A stretch of 64,000 nt of DNA from Verrucomicrobiia bacterium. Its GTDB lineage: Bacteria > Verrucomicrobiota > Verrucomicrobiia > Limisphaerales > UBA1319. A program made the translations under genes and the position numbers. How positions within the stretch are numbered: the stretch's first letter is position 1; every line of letters starts with the position of its first letter. The stretch spans positions 1,056,001 through 1,120,000 of the forward strand of contig OY760937.1 in the NCBI GenBank assembly GCA_963664225.1, read 5' to 3'. A model generated the notes under the pieces. The model saw only the letters and a list, made by a program, of their open reading frames with translations. It was not told the origin of the DNA and searched no databases. Shown here one piece after another: positions 46,969-55,481 of the stretch.

Positions 46969-49683
46969 ATGATGACCAGCAGCCAGATACGCCAGTCGTT
47001 CCTCGATTTTTTCAAATCGAAGCAGCACACCATTGTACCCTCCTCGAGTCTGCTGCCGGATTCGCCCAACCTGTTGTTTACCAACGCGGGGATGAACCAG
47101 TTCGTGCCGATTTTTCTCGGCCAACAAAAGTGTCCCTACACCCCCGGACGGGCGGCCGACACACAGAAGTGTATCCGCGCGGGCGGCAAGCATAACGACC
47201 TGGAGGATGTCGGTTTGGACACCTATCACCACACCTTTTTCGAGATGCTGGGAAACTGGAGCTATGGCAATTATTTCAAGACCGAAGCCATTGACTGGGC
47301 CTGGGAACTGGTGACCGGGGTTTGGAAATTTCCGAAGGAACGTCTCTACGCCACGGTCTATTGCCCGGACAAGTCCAAGGGCGATCCCAGCGATTTCGAC
47401 CAGGAAGCTTACGATGCCTGGGCCGTGAAATTCACCGCCGCCGGTTTGGACCCGAAGGTCCACATCTTGAACGGCAACAAAAAGGATAATTTCTGGATGA
47501 TGGGCGAGACGGGTCCCTGTGGACCCTGTTCCGAATTGCATTTTGACCTCACGCCTGCGGGCGATACCGGCGGCTCCCTGGTCAACATGGGCAGCCCCAA
47601 GTGCATTGAAATCTGGAACCTGGTGTTCATGCAGTTCAACGCGAACCCGGATGGCACGTTCTCGCAACTCCCGGCCAGGAACGTGGACACCGGCATGGGC
47701 TTTGAACGCGTCACGAGCATCATGCAGTGTACGCACGGTTTTAAGGACTTCACGGGGATCATTTCCAATTACGAAACCGATATTTTCCGCCCTATTTTCG
47801 ACCGTCTGGAAAAGATGAGCGGCAGGAAGTATGGGTCAACGCTTCCCAAACCGGGTTCGATTGGCGACACCGTGCAGGAAAAAGAGGACATTGCCTTCCG
47901 TGTCATCGCCGACCATATCCGCACGCTGAGCTTTGCCATCGCGGACGGAATCACGCCGGGCAACAACGACCGCAATTACGTTTTGCGCCGCATTCTCCGC
48001 CGCGCGGTTCGTTTTGGCCGCACGCTCGGGTTCCAGGAGCCGTTTTTCTACAAGTTGGTCGATGTCCTCGCCGCCACAATGGGCGATGTCTTCCCCGAGA
48101 TTCGGGCCAAGGCTGACGTCGTGCAAAACACCATCCGGGTTGAGGAGGAGTCGTTCAACAAGACCCTGGATCGCGGCATCGAATTGTTCCGCGAGGAAGT
48201 GGCGTCACTTGGCGACAGCAAAAAACTGACCGGTGACTTTGCCTTCAAGCTCTACGACACGTATGGATTTCCCCTCGACCTGACCGAGTTGATGGCTCGC
48301 GAGCAGGGATTGACGGTGGACACCGCCGGTTTCGAGAAGTTGATGGAGGAGCAGCGGACCATGGCGCGCTCGGCCCAGAAACGGGAAATCATCAGCGTCT
48401 CCAATGTTCAGACCACCGTGCCGACCCGCTTTGTGGGCTACGACCAGATGGAGGCAGATGCCACGGTTCAGGAGATCGTCAAGATCAAGGACAAGACGGC
48501 CGTGGTGTTGGATGTTTCCGCCTGCTACGCCGAGATGGGCGGCCAGGTGGGGGACATGGGCAAACTCTCGGGACAAGGCCATGAGTGGCACATTGCGAAC
48601 ACGCAGAAGGCGGCGGCCACGTTCCTCCATATTCTGGACAAGAACGCTACAGATGGCGCGAGTCTCCCGGAAGTGGGCAGTCCGGTGAAATTGGTGGTGG
48701 ATGCGGCCCGTCGCGCGGCCATCCAACGGCACCATACCGTGACGCATTTACTGCATTGGGCATTGCATGAGGTGGTCAGCCGCGAGGCCTCGCAAAAGGG
48801 TTCGTTCGTTGGCCCGGACAAGTTGACCTTCGATTTCAACGGCAGCGCCCTGACTCCCGGGCAGGTTGCCGATGTGGAGCGCCTGGTCAATGAGCGGATC
48901 GTTGAGAATGCCCCGGTCATGTGGATGGACGTGCCTTTCGAGGAGATCAAGGGCCGTCCCGAGGTGATGCAATTTTTCGGCGAAAAATACGGGGACGTCG
49001 TGCGTGTCATTCAAATCGGCGGGAAAGCCGGTCAATTCAATGGTTACTCCATGGAATTGTGCGGCGGCACTCACACCCATGCCACGGGGGAGATCGGCTT
49101 GTTTCGCATTGCGGCGGAATCCGCCATTGCGGCCGGGGTGCGGCGCATCGAGGCCATGGCGGGATTGTGCGCCTATGAAAAAGCGCGCCACGACGCGGGG
49201 CTGTTGCTGACCTTGGCCGGCAAGATCAATTCGCCCGTGGCCGAGGTGGAGAAGAAAATTGAAACGCTGCTCGCTCAACAGAAGGAACTGGAGCATCAGC
49301 TCAAGACCGTCAAAATGAAACAGGCTGGCGAGATGGCCCGCAGTTTGCAGGCGCAGGCGAAAACCTATGGATCCGTGAAGGCGATCATTCAGGCCATCGC
49401 CGATGCCGATGGAGATTTTCTCCAAAGCGTGGTGGAAACGCTCAAGAGCGAGTTCAAAGGCGTCGTGGTTCTTGCCAGCGTTAACGGGTCCACAGTGGCC
49501 CTGGCCGCAGGTGTTTCGCATGAGCTGACAAAACAGATTCAGGCGGGGAAAATCATTCAGGCCATCGCGCCAATCCTTGGCGGCAAGGGCGGCGGCAAAC
49601 CTGATTTTGCGCGCGGGGCCGGCAAGGAAGCCAACAAGGTTGCCGAGGCGCTTGCCAAGGCCGAATCGTTGATGCCTGCTTGA
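46969..49683 (+). CDS. alaS: Alanine--tRNA ligase
   Basis: LLFTNAGMNQF, QKCIRAGGKHNDL, HHTFFEMLGN, DTGMGFER, HTVTHLLH, ELCGGTH, GGKGGG. Confidence 0.98.
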   Translation: MMTSSQIRQSFLDFFKSKQHTIVPSSSLLPDSPNLLFTNAGMNQFVPIFLGQQKCPYTPGRAADTQKCIRAGGKHNDLEDVGLDTYHHTFFEMLGNWSYGNYFKTEAIDWAWELVTGVWKFPKERLYATVYCPDKSKGDPSDFDQEAYDAWAVKFTAAGLDPKVHILNGNKKDNFWMMGETGPCGPCSELHFDLTPAGDTGGSLVNMGSPKCIEIWNLVFMQFNANPDGTFSQLPARNVDTGMGFERVTSIMQCTHGFKDFTGIISNYETDIFRPIFDRLEKMSGRKYGSTLPKPGSIGDTVQEKEDIAFRVIADHIRTLSFAIADGITPGNNDRNYVLRRILRRAVRFGRTLGFQEPFFYKLVDVLAATMGDVFPEIRAKADVVQNTIRVEEESFNKTLDRGIELFREEVASLGDSKKLTGDFAFKLYDTYGFPLDLTELMAREQGLTVDTAGFEKLMEEQRTMARSAQKREIISVSNVQTTVPTRFVGYDQMEADATVQEIVKIKDKTAVVLDVSACYAEMGGQVGDMGKLSGQGHEWHIANTQKAAATFLHILDKNATDGASLPEVGSPVKLVVDAARRAAIQRHHTVTHLLHWALHEVVSREASQKGSFVGPDKLTFDFNGSALTPGQVADVERLVNERIVENAPVMWMDVPFEEIKGRPEVMQFFGEKYGDVVRVIQIGGKAGQFNGYSMELCGGTHTHATGEIGLFRIAAESAIAAGVRRIEAMAGLCAYEKARHDAGLLLTLAGKINSPVAEVEKKIETLLAQQKELEHQLKTVKMKQAGEMARSLQAQAKTYGSVKAIIQAIADADGDFLQSVVETLKSEFKGVVVLASVNGSTVALAAGVSHELTKQIQAGKIIQAIAPILGGKGGGKPDFARGAGKEANKVAEALAKAESLMPA

Positions 49684-49697
49684 CAATGCCATTCAAG

Positions 49698-49795
49698 CAT
49701 CCCGGAAGGGATGCCAGCGATTAGCCGGGGATGCGGTCGTCGAGACCGCAATCCCCGGACACCCACGCAAATGAACACGATCCCGGTAGGGATCG
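49698..49795. repeat. REP-like triple-hairpin element
   Basis: GCATCCC-GGAA-GGGATGC, CCGGGGAT-GCGGTC..GACCGC-AATCCCCGG and CGATCCC-GGTA-GGGATCG directly after the alaS stop. Confidence 0.7.
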
Positions 49796-49895
49796 CAGGA
49801 GCTTCTCCACATATCCCAGACAACTGTAGGTTCCAACAGCGTCGGGCTTTTTTCCTTCTTTAATTCTGAATCGCCAACGGCGCGACCTTATATCA

Positions 49896-49916
49896 GCCTG
49901 GGCCATCGGCCCAGGT
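49896..49916 (+). repeat. Left copy of 21-bp target-site direct repeat
   Basis: GCCTGGGCCATCGGCCCAGGT, identical to 51655-51675, abutting the left inverted repeat. Confidence 0.92.
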
Positions 49917-49938
49917 CTGGAGTTTGGCCCCCTTACGA

Positions 49939-51384
49939 TCAGTTAAGACTTAGAAAGATGGCGGCTTCTAGTGGTGGATCGCATTTTCTGCCGTTCTGGG
50001 TGGGAATGGTATTTGATGAGAGCGGCAGAAAATGGGTGGTTAGGGCTGTAGCCCAAAGTTCATAACGCAATTGCGTGATTAATTCGTTGGTTGTGGCTCT
50101 CTGGCCGGGCTTACGTTTGTACCAGCACGGGCGTTTGAAGGTCTCCGGCTGGCCGTCGGCACCGTAGGTTTTGACGGCGCCCAGGAGCAGTAGCGCGTAG
50201 GCTGCCACGGCCAGCGCCGGGGCATTCTGATTGGAAGCCTCGGACCGAACCTGGGCCTGTCCGACCCCCAGAAGAGTTTTCTCATCCCGGAAGTTGACTT
50301 CGATATCCCATCGCCAGAGATAAAACTGCACCACCTTTTCCAGGGGCAGATTCAGATCAGTGCAGATGAGAAAAGCCGGTTCGCGCCGTTCCAGCTTGCT
50401 GGACCTGGTACGGCGGTAAGCCACCGGCTCGATGACGACCAGACGCAGGGAGTGGCCGGCCTTGTCCATCTGCGAGTAGACGGGCGCCAGGGTTTTGACC
50501 CGGAACTGGTAGCGTTTGCCTGCCGCAAAGGCCTCCACGGTTTGCCAGGGTTGGGCCGGGTCCTTGAGCAGTTGTTCCGGCGTGGGGCAGTGGGCCCCAT
50601 ACTTGCGTTTGCGGCCGTGCGCGGCCTGCCCTGTCGGGGGAAAGTAAAAGGCCGAGTCCTTGCGCACGCGGCCAATGAGGGTGGTCCGCTCCGGAATCTG
50701 CCCCAGAACGGTGCCATTGGTGAAGCGGCCATCGAGGGTGGCAATCAGCGGCCGCTGGCTCGAACCGCTTTGATCCATTTGCCGGCGCATGTGGGTCAGG
50801 CGATTGCGGCCCGCCACATTGATATTCATTTTGGCCCGTTGCTCCCGGTAGGCGGCCCAGCGCTCTGGCGCGGCATCCTTGCGCGGCTTGGCGGGCAGGG
50901 CCGCATGCTGGAAGTCCACCGGAATCATCCGTGCCGCCCCTTGTGAGCCCAGCGGCACGGCCGCAGAAATCTGCAGGACCCGCAGACCCCGGACAAAGTT
51001 GACCTGGAATGGGGGGCTCAAGGGATCACGCTGAAAACGGGAGCCAAAGATGCGCGGACCGGTTTTGCGCAAGAGCGAGTCGTCCATGGCCACGACCAGA
51101 GGATCCTTGGACGGGAAGTCCTGCTCGATTTGGGCGCGGATCCGGTCGAAAACCCAGTCCTCGTCGAAATGATCCTCGGAATAGAAGCGGTAATCGGCCG
51201 TCCAATCCTGTTGGGTGCGGTTTTGATTGCGCAAGAGCCCTGTAATGGTGTGGCGGCCGAAGCACACCAACTGGGAAAGCAGATGGCGGCGGCCCCGAGC
51301 CCAGGCCTGCGGGGAAGAGAAGCCGGGAGCACATAGATCGATCAGCTCCTCGATTTGGTCGAGGAGGGAGGCGTTTTTTTTAAA
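49939..51384 (-). CDS. DDE transposase (orfB), probably translated as an orfA-orfB fusion by -1 frameshift
   Basis: VVAMDDSLLRKTG (D1), IATLDGRF (D2), YLWRWDIEVNFRDEK (Y-2-R-3-E-6-K signature of the IS4 superfamily). Slippery A8 run at 51374-51381. Confidence 0.85.
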   Translation of the reverse strand, partial: FKKNASLLDQIEELIDLCAPGFSSPQAWARGRRHLLSQLVCFGRHTITGLLRNQNRTQQDWTADYRFYSEDHFDEDWVFDRIRAQIEQDFPSKDPLVVAMDDSLLRKTGPRIFGSRFQRDPLSPPFQVNFVRGLRVLQISAAVPLGSQGAARMIPVDFQHAALPAKPRKDAAPERWAAYREQRAKMNINVAGRNRLTHMRRQMDQSGSSQRPLIATLDGRFTNGTVLGQIPERTTLIGRVRKDSAFYFPPTGQAAHGRKRKYGAHCPTPEQLLKDPAQPWQTVEAFAAGKRYQFRVKTLAPVYSQMDKAGHSLRLVVIEPVAYRRTRSSKLERREPAFLICTDLNLPLEKVVQFYLWRWDIEVNFRDEKTLLGVGQAQVRSEASNQNAPALAVAAYALLLLGAVKTYGADGQPETFKRPCWYKRKPGQRATTNELITQLRYELWATALTTHFLPLSSNTIPTQNGRKCDPPLEAAIFLSLN

Positions 51385-51566
51385 GCGACCGGGTTGGGGG
51401 GGACCTGGTCGCGCGAGAGAATGAGGTGACCTTTGTCGGCAATGGTCCACCGGACATCCTCTCCCTTGTCGAAATCCATGGCCTGGGCGATGGCGGAGGG
51501 GAAGTTGATGTACCATTGCTGGCTTTGCTTGCGTTGGATGAGCTGGACTTTAGTTGGATAACCCAT
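51342..51566 (-). CDS. IS orfA, AbrB/MraZ-like swapped-hairpin small protein
   Basis: MGYPTKVQLIQRKQSQQWYINFPSAIAQAMDFDKGEDVRWTI fits the AbrB pattern (I.P..I...(L/M)...GE.V.W). Alternative ATG at 51575. Confidence 0.7.
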   Translation of the reverse strand: MGYPTKVQLIQRKQSQQWYINFPSAIAQAMDFDKGEDVRWTIADKGHLILSRDQVPPNPVALKKTPPSSTKSRS

Positions 51567-51654
51567 AGTGGCCATATCTAGTCACATAACTAGACCACGC
51601 GCAACAAAATAATAATCCCACCAGCGGTTTGTCTAGTCCGGGGCCAAACTCCAG

Positions 51655-51675
51655 GCCTGGGCCATCGGCCCAGGT
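51655..51675 (+). repeat. Right copy of 21-bp target-site direct repeat
   Basis: GCCTGGGCCATCGGCCCAGGT immediately after the right inverted repeat. Confidence 0.92.
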
Positions 51676-51792
51676 AACCTGCCGTAAAACTTAAATAGGG
51701 CTGTAAGCCCGATCCATCCAGATAAACATCCCTCCCATCCTGCCGGGCCTCCTCCTTCGCGACTTCGCGCGAGACAATATTCAGAGCCCCCC

Positions 51793-52287
51793 TCAATTGG
51801 CGGTCTTCTCCACTTCAAATCCCTCCATATCGGCGGGATTCACGAATACCAGGTCGGCGCTGCCGTTTCCGCGTCGCACAAGGGCGGCTGGATGTTTCGT
51901 CAGGCATGCCAGTAATTCGTCATCGCCCAGTATTTTAAAGCCGCCAGCCTTCGTGTGGATGGCGGTAAATGCAAGCGGAGAGCTCTTCACCGCCGTCACA
52001 GACTCGCGTGTTGCCAGCAACATGCCAGGATTGAGCTTTTGAGAATGGATGATTGACAGGGCACTTTCCTGTTCAACGCGATTCAGGGGCGCCACGGGCC
52101 TATGCAAAAAAAACGTCACCGCAACAGCGACGACAACAAGGACCAGTCCCGATCGGACAGCCTGTCGGACCTGCTTCCGCCGTCGTGCCGCGCGAAAGGT
52201 GTTTTCCATCAGCGCAGCCTGGAACTCAGCCGGGGTGCCTTGCTCCAGAACCTCCTGCAATAAATCCGTAACTTCTCTATTCTTCAT
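51793..52287 (-). CDS. Putative single-pass anti-sigma factor
   Basis: Overlaps the ECF sigma stop; basic stretch RRRKQVR, one TM helix, short external domain. Confidence 0.6.
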   Translation of the reverse strand: MKNREVTDLLQEVLEQGTPAEFQAALMENTFRAARRRKQVRQAVRSGLVLVVVAVAVTFFLHRPVAPLNRVEQESALSIIHSQKLNPGMLLATRESVTAVKSSPLAFTAIHTKAGGFKILGDDELLACLTKHPAALVRRGNGSADLVFVNPADMEGFEVEKTAN

Positions 52288-52885
52288 CTTTCAACCTTTC
52301 GAGAATCAGGCTCTTCAGCCGGACGCGAATGCGGGTCAGGCGCGATTCCACCGCTTTTTCTGAGAGGGCCAGCGCGATGGCAATCTCGCGGACCGATTCG
52401 CCTTCGAAATACTTTCGTGCGATCAAACTCCGATCTTCATCAGGCAGTGCCGGGAGAGTCGCTGCCAGACAATCCGCCAGCCGGTCTTCGGCCTGCGGCA
52501 CAATTCGGGTGGGGGATTCCTTCTGTTCAAACCAGCGAGTTAAAAACGTCAGGTAACGTTTGAATTTTCGCCGCTCATCCACCAGCGAACTATGGGCCAG
52601 TACCGCCAGCCAGCTCCAGAAGGCCTCCTCGGTGTCGAACTTTTTCACATGCCGCGCCACCCGCACCAGCGTCAATTGCAGGGCCTCGCGCGCCAATTCC
52701 TCGTTTCCATGCGCCATCACCAGCAGATAGCGCAGGAGCCTTTGGAAATAGAGGCCGAAGAAGGTGCGAAAGGCGGCTTCGTCGCTGCGCGCCATGGCGG
52801 TCGTGAGCGTGGACATGGAAGGCGCCTCATCCGAATTCGTCTTTGCGACTGCTTGTTCGGTGATCAAGCTGGTGTTGATAAGCAA
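52277..52885 (-). CDS. ECF RNA polymerase sigma factor
   Basis: DEAAFRTFF..Y..RLLRY, LAREALQ, FWSWL, LPDEDR..KYFEGESVREIA..SEKAVESRLTRIR. The start may be the ATG at 52816. Confidence 0.9.
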   Translation of the reverse strand: MLINTSLITEQAVAKTNSDEAPSMSTLTTAMARSDEAAFRTFFGLYFQRLLRYLLVMAHGNEELAREALQLTLVRVARHVKKFDTEEAFWSWLAVLAHSSLVDERRKFKRYLTFLTRWFEQKESPTRIVPQAEDRLADCLAATLPALPDEDRSLIARKYFEGESVREIAIALALSEKAVESRLTRIRVRLKSLILERLKDEE

Positions 52886-52951
52886 TTACAAACTTAGGAC
52901 CGCCAGCCCGCGCTGAGCACAGAAACTGGCGTCCCTTCTTAACGGCGAAGC

Positions 52952-53698
52952 CTACTTTGGAGTCCCGGGATTACCTGGTAATAGCGGTCGGGGCATGCCC
53001 GGCAGCGTTGGTTGCCGGGGTCTCAATTGTTCCAAGACACTCTCAATGATCTTGAGATTCTCTTCCGATCCGACGGCAATCAACAGCTTGGTTTCAGGAT
53101 GGAATTTGAGCTGCGGCACTTTGGTCACATGGAGCATTTCCCAGCCGGATTGGATCGCTGTTGTGATGTCTTCGATTTTGTTTTTTTCCAGCAAGGGCTC
53201 TAATTGGTAGAAGCGGCAGATATCCTTGATCGGCGGTAGTTCCGTGGGTTTTTGAACCTGGAAATACCAGACAGTATTGTCGCCGTTGCCTTGTGTTGCA
53301 AAGCCATAATTGGTTTCAGCTTGGCTGTATCCATTTCCATAAGGAATGGTTACAACTCTACGACTAACCATTTGCAGTGCTTTGAAGAGTTCTTTGACGG
53401 TCACGTTACTCATCTTCAGCGGCGGAATTTGGACATCGTTACAATCGTCCGGAACGATGGCGTTGAGAGGTTTGTGCATGGCTTTTTCAATGGCCGCCAC
53501 AAATTCTTTAGGGTTGCCTCCGGAAAAGTCCAGGTCAAATTGGATTTCATCGGAAGCAGGCTGAGCAGGTTGTCCAGGTTGAGGCATTGCCGGTGGTGGC
53601 AAGCGGACCGGCATAGGGTTTTGTCCGTGAAGTGCCAGTGGCATCAAGGACGACGCCAGCAGGATTGCGATAAGGGTTCTTTTCATACGTTTGTTCAT
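52952..53698 (-). CDS. Exported Pro-rich hypothetical protein with secretin N-domain-like segments
   Basis: Signal peptide; FDLDFSGG..IPPLKMSNVTVKELFKAL (STN/N0-like); FHPETKLLIAVGSEENLKIIESVLEQL (N1-N3-like). Confidence 0.55.
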   Translation of the reverse strand: MNKRMKRTLIAILLASSLMPLALHGQNPMPVRLPPPAMPQPGQPAQPASDEIQFDLDFSGGNPKEFVAAIEKAMHKPLNAIVPDDCNDVQIPPLKMSNVTVKELFKALQMVSRRVVTIPYGNGYSQAETNYGFATQGNGDNTVWYFQVQKPTELPPIKDICRFYQLEPLLEKNKIEDITTAIQSGWEMLHVTKVPQLKFHPETKLLIAVGSEENLKIIESVLEQLRPRQPTLPGMPRPLLPGNPGTPK

Positions 53699-53781
53699 TT
53701 CACATCCAATCTTTTAATAGGATACACGCCAGCCGTTTGAAAATCCTTCAAACAATTTTCATAAAACCTCCGGCTTTATTC

Positions 53782-55293
53782 TCATCTCACAACGGTTTGC
53801 AGCAAGGCGGGCAGACGACAATCCGTGCAAGTAGCGTTGGAACAGTCGCAAAAGTCGTGGACGATCTGGTGGAGACCCTGTTGTTCAGCCGCAGTGCGAA
53901 GTTCAATCTTTGAGCTGCATAGCAGGCGTTCGCGCGCCAATTTGAGAACCGCGTTGTCGTCGGTTTTGGGCCAATTAAGGCAGGCGGTTTCTGCTGCGGC
54001 CATCAGGTCGGTATTGTGGCCGGCTTGAGCACGGGCCCAAAACCAGGGCAGCAGTGCGTTCATGGCGATATCCGTCACACGCGAGGGGCCGACCAGCGGT
54101 TCCAATTTGGGCAGACTGGCCGAGCCAAAACTCCAGTGTTGCGACCAGAATACGTCCGGTCCGGATTGCAGCGTGGCGGTCAGGGTTTGGTGACACCGAT
54201 TCCAGCAGGGATCGCGGCGGCTTGGGGTTTCTGCGTTTATCCCGGAGGCGTTCTTCGATACGCCGACGTCATTCGACAATTCCTCAAACCAGTGTTCCAG
54301 CGAGGCAATAAAGTGGTTGGACGATAACCAATGGGCGGCGAGGGCGAGTCTGCGATGCGGGTGATTGGCGGGCCGCAGACCGTTCATGCGCCACACTTTT
54401 GGCGGCAGTATGAAATCCGTGAGCACGCCCCGTTCCCGCCACCAGGAATCCCAAAGCAGTTTCAGATAAGGGGTGGTTTCCATTCGCGCTTTTGGAGGAT
54501 CGCCGGGCATCAGGCCGGAGAGCCCCAAAAGGCGCGCCTGCCAGCCAATGAGCGTTTCGGGAAGCGGTCCGGGCGTTTGGCGCAGGGCAGGGAGCGTTTC
54601 CGCAATACGAACCATGGGCCAGGTATTATTTTTAAAACCCAGCGCTCTGAAAAGGGACTCCCACAGCGCCTGTGCCCAGCCGGCCTCACGGGCACGCGCC
54701 TGGATTTGCAGGGCTTTGGCGCAGAGGCGGACCTTCGCCGCCTGACGGAGCAATTCACTTCCAGTCTCGGGTTCAAGTCGTCGCCACAATCCAGCGCACG
54801 CACCGGTGAATGCCGGAGGCCATTCCTCTGCGGAATCCGTCCCCAGCCACTGGGTCAGCTCATTAAGAGGAGCGTCCAGGAACGGTTCCAATGCCAAAGT
54901 GGGCAGCGAGGATTTGGAATCGGCGTCTGAGCTCCAGACCACATGCAGGAGAACCTTGGAAAAATCGGGATTGCGATCGTGCCGGTGGGAGTGCCAGCAC
55001 GAGGGTTCAATGTCCACTTCGATGTCTCCAACCTGTGGCGCCTCGCCATTGAATTGGACGACGGCCTGGCGAAAGTCGGGTCCGGCCTCGCGATTGAGAA
55101 ATCCAGGGTGAAGGATTTGGAGGGTGCGTTCGTCCAACGTATGAAGTTGGCCGCGCCGGATGCGCTGATGTCGCCAGACGGCCTGCATCAGGCGCTCGGG
55201 CGGTGAGGCATGCCGTGGTGTTTCGTGCACTGCAATTTCCGCCGGTTTTACGACACGCCAGTCCTGATAAAGCAACGGGTGGAGCAAATGCAT
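53782..55293 (-). CDS. DUF2851 family protein
   Basis: ERLMQAVW, HPGFLNREAGPDF, GDIEVD..W..HRH..NPDF..VLLHVVW, LGFKNN, RPANHPHRRLA, QQGLHQI..DFC..CTDC. ATG at 55293 preferred. Confidence 0.8.
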   Translation of the reverse strand: MHLLHPLLYQDWRVVKPAEIAVHETPRHASPPERLMQAVWRHQRIRRGQLHTLDERTLQILHPGFLNREAGPDFRQAVVQFNGEAPQVGDIEVDIEPSCWHSHRHDRNPDFSKVLLHVVWSSDADSKSSLPTLALEPFLDAPLNELTQWLGTDSAEEWPPAFTGACAGLWRRLEPETGSELLRQAAKVRLCAKALQIQARAREAGWAQALWESLFRALGFKNNTWPMVRIAETLPALRQTPGPLPETLIGWQARLLGLSGLMPGDPPKARMETTPYLKLLWDSWWRERGVLTDFILPPKVWRMNGLRPANHPHRRLALAAHWLSSNHFIASLEHWFEELSNDVGVSKNASGINAETPSRRDPCWNRCHQTLTATLQSGPDVFWSQHWSFGSASLPKLEPLVGPSRVTDIAMNALLPWFWARAQAGHNTDLMAAAETACLNWPKTDDNAVLKLARERLLCSSKIELRTAAEQQGLHQIVHDFCDCSNATCTDCRLPALLQTVVR

Positions 55294-55481
55294 GGAATTG
55301 CTTTTCCGTTGGAAGCGATGCAAAGTCAAGCGTTGGATGCGGAAATGTCTGACACTGGGCCTTTTGGATTGGGTGGTGAAGGCTGCGGACGAAGCGTCAT
55401 CAATGAAATGAAAGATGGAATTTTGATGTGTTAGTCTTTGCCAGCAACCGCCTCGACAGTGTATAAGAAACGGTTGAATCA

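Larger units (their letters stand above)
49917..51654 (-). mobile_element. Insertion sequence (1738 bp), IS4/IS701-like DDE transposase, 15-bp perfect terminal inverted repeats
   Basis: CTGGAGTTTGGCCCC (49917-49931) and GGGGCCAAACTCCAG (51640-51654), flanked by the 21-bp direct repeat. Contains orfA and a DDE orfB. Confidence 0.92.

Noticed and set aside
46936..49692. Long antisense ORFs over alaS (and similarly over htpG, GH3, the subtilase and the M20 gene)
   Set aside because: These are shadow ORFs expected from GC-rich codon bias opposite well-conserved genes; they show no recognisable motifs.
51385..51516. ATG at 51516 as the transposase start
   Set aside because: The first ~45 codons are not transposase-like and overlap the AbrB-like orfA in another frame; the frameshift model fits better.
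49896..51675. CRISPR repeat or integron attC interpretation of the 21-bp palindromic repeat
   Set aside because: Only two copies, 1.7 kb apart, each abutting an IS inverted repeat; no spacers, cas or integrase genes.
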